DNA of 63,968 nt, the filler included. It is 6 parts of 6 records of this genome, joined end to end, with 100 filler letters (N's around TTAATTAATTAA, not from the genome) between each part and the next. Parts side by side here need not be neighbours in the genome. Positions count along the whole stretch, not along the records: positions 58,951 to 63,968 come from DRR723986_15614; 5 more parts are not named here. One strand, 5' to 3'. The notes under the pieces are model-generated. The model was not told where the DNA came from, did no database searches, and was given only the letters and a program-made list of their open reading frames with translations. This document shows positions 62,430-63,968 of the stretch, in pieces (within the stretch, counting starts at the first letter, position 1; each line of letters starts with the position of its first letter). The translations under genes were made by a program, and so were the position numbers.

Positions 62430-62495
62430 GATATGCTCCTTTTCGCAGGCGAAGGAAGGAGCGCAGATCGCAAGAAGGGGTCTATGCTCCTTCAC
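62430..62495 (-). promoter_or_regulatory. Candidate two-state 5'-UTR RNA switch
   Basis: On the mRNA AAGGAGCAUA occurs twice, with one complementary GCUCCUU between the copies. Confidence 0.5.
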
Positions 62496-62535
62496 CTATT
62501 GATATGGGGGTCAGATCGGCCCTGTTCAAATCAAA

Positions 62536-62545
62536 TGTGATCACA
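62536..62545. promoter_or_regulatory. Second TGTGATCACA palindrome
   Basis: AAATGTGATCACAAAT; same core as 61454-61463. Confidence 0.65.
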
Positions 62546-62609
62546 AATGTAAAACGCGGTGCAAATCCGTCCACTTGACCACCCCCGCGCCATCGCGCAG
62601 TGTGCAGCC

Positions 62610-62654
62610 ATGCGCATGTTCAGACATATCACCTATTATCGCCGCCCCATTTGA
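62610..62654 (+). CDS. Putative leader peptide MRMFRHITYYRRPI (14 aa)
   Basis: ATG at the expected +1 of TTGACC-N17-CAGTGT; followed by alternative GC-rich pairings and a T-rich tract before the GNAT gene. Confidence 0.5.
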   Translation: MRMFRHITYYRRPI

Positions 62655-62737
62655 TAGCGGCCCCTTTTCTTGCATTTTCAATATTTTGGCCGCCGTGTGC
62701 GGTTTTGTGCCGTGCAGGCCGCCCTTAGGAACAACAG

Positions 62738-63193
62738 ATGTCATCCATCACCATCAGACCCGTGGCCGCGCCCGATCTTCCGGCTGTCCTTGAGATGATC
62801 AATGGGCTTGCGGCGCATCACGATGATACCGCCGCAGTGACCCTCGCCAGCCTTGAACGTGACGTGATGGGCGCCGCGCCCTGGCTTACCTTGTTGGTTG
62901 CCGAGCGAGGCAAGGTTTTGCTGGGTTACGCCGCCCTATGCCCGATGGCGCAGCTGCAATTCGGGGTGCGCGGCATGGATCTGCATCATTTGTTCGTCAG
63001 CCCGCAGGCACGCGGTCTTGGGCTGAGCAAGCAATTGATTGATGCCAGTATGGCCGCAGCGAAGGATCAGCAGTGCCGCTATATGACCGTCGGCACCCAT
63101 CCCGACAACGTCACCGCGCAGGGCATTTATCTGGCCGCCGGGTTTGAGCCGCTTGACGGGATCGGGCCGCGCTTTCGGATCAAATTTGACTAG
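62738..63193 (+). CDS. GNAT family acetyltransferase
   Basis: LHHLFVSPQARGLGLS and VGTHPDNVTAQGIYLAAGF. Confidence 0.9.
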   Translation: MSSITIRPVAAPDLPAVLEMINGLAAHHDDTAAVTLASLERDVMGAAPWLTLLVAERGKVLLGYAALCPMAQLQFGVRGMDLHHLFVSPQARGLGLSKQLIDASMAAAKDQQCRYMTVGTHPDNVTAQGIYLAAGFEPLDGIGPRFRIKFD

Positions 63194-63196
63194 CGG

Positions 63197-63968
63197 TCAA
63201 GCCGCCAGCCCTTTGCCGCCAATATCAAGATACTTGCGCCGCCGGTCCGCGATCAACGCCTTGCCATCCTTGCCGTCCAGCTCTTTGAGCATTTCGGTAA
63301 TGGCACCGCGCACCGCTTCGATGGTCTTTTCCGCATCGCGGTGCGCACCACCTTTGGGCTCTGGAATGATCCGGTCTGTCACGCCCAGCTTTTTGAGATC
63401 ACTCGCCGTGAGCCGCATCGCCTCTGCCGCTTCGCGCATCTTTTCGCTGTCTTTCCACAGGATCGAGGCACAGCCTTCAGGGGTGATGACAGAATAGACC
63501 GAGTGTTCCAACATCGCGACCCGGTTCGCCGTGGCAAAGGCCACCGCGCCGCCGGAACCACCCTCGCCAATGATTACGCTGACCAATGGCACGCCGATCT
63601 GTAGACATTTCTCCGTTGACCTTGCAATCGCCTCAGACTGCCCGCGTTCTTCTGCACCTTTGCCGGGGTAGGCGCCGGGGGTATCCACCAATGTCACCAC
63701 AGGCAGTCCAAAGCGCCCTGCAAGTTCCAGGAGCCGCACAGCTTTGCGATATCCCTCGGGGCGGGCCATGCCGAAATTCCGTTCAATCCGGGATTTGGTG
63801 TCATTGCCCTTTTCGTGACCGATCACCATCACCGGTTGATCGTTGAAACGCGCCAAACCGCCCATCACCGCCAGATCATCGGCAAAGTTCCGGTCGCCGG
63901 CCAGCGGCGTGAACTCGGTGAACAACGCCTCGATGTAGTCCTTGCAATGCGGCCGCTCGGGGTGCCGC
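63197..63968 (-). CDS. accA: Acetyl-CoA carboxylase carboxyltransferase alpha subunit, 5' end cut off by the window edge
   Basis: [30 protein letters not shown] and [14 protein letters not shown]. Confidence 0.97.
   Translation of the reverse strand, partial: RHPERPHCKDYIEALFTEFTPLAGDRNFADDLAVMGGLARFNDQPVMVIGHEKGNDTKSRIERNFGMARPEGYRKAVRLLELAGRFGLPVVTLVDTPGAYPGKGAEERGQSEAIARSTEKCLQIGVPLVSVIIGEGGSGGAVAFATANRVAMLEHSVYSVITPEGCASILWKDSEKMREAAEAMRLTASDLKKLGVTDRIIPEPKGGAHRDAEKTIEAVRGAITEMLKELDGKDGKALIADRRRKYLDIGGKGLAA

Overview
This window is not one continuous locus. It is six unrelated contigs joined by five artificial 100-nt spacers (N-run, TTAATTAATTAA, N-run) at 21464-21563, 31772-31871, 41706-41805, 48542-48641 and 58851-58950, as in a concatenated metagenome assembly. 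Contig 1 (1-21463) is a GC-rich alphaproteobacterium, probably Roseibium/Stappiaceae-like. It carries hmgA, an MCP, a HerA-like ATPase, small regulator/detox modules, a matB with two in-frame TAG stops, an L,D-transpeptidase, a dipeptidase, GntR and a peptide ABC ATPase. Contig 2 (21564-31771) is a lower-GC alphaproteobacterium with sfsA, a TonB-dependent receptor, beta-oxidation (pim-like) genes, a signal-peptide RidA and a LapG-like peptidase. Contig 3 (31872-41705) is a Rhodobacteraceae-like ttcA-EAL-yidC-MOSC-engB-argB region. Contig 4 (41806-48541) looks FCB-group-like, with recX, guaD, a large OmpA protein, dxs and a partial tRNA-Lys. Contig 5 (48642-58850) holds the xylose operon xylH-xylG-xylB-xylA, mmcB and sulP. 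Contig 6 (58951-63968) is a Rhodobacteraceae-like region from tRNA-Ala to accA. Taxonomic calls are inference only. I see no CRISPR array, prophage, transposase or clear new multi-gene system. The most interesting signals are small. (i) A dense intergenic region at 62430-62737 has a two-state Shine-Dalgarno-sequestering RNA switch on one strand, a probable leaderless leader peptide/attenuator (MRMFRHITYYRRPI) before a GNAT on the other, and a TGTGATCACA palindrome shared with the neighbouring GntR promoter. (ii) An orphan small gene is preceded by a perfect alphaproteobacterial LexA box. (iii) A full-length matB is broken only by two amber codons.
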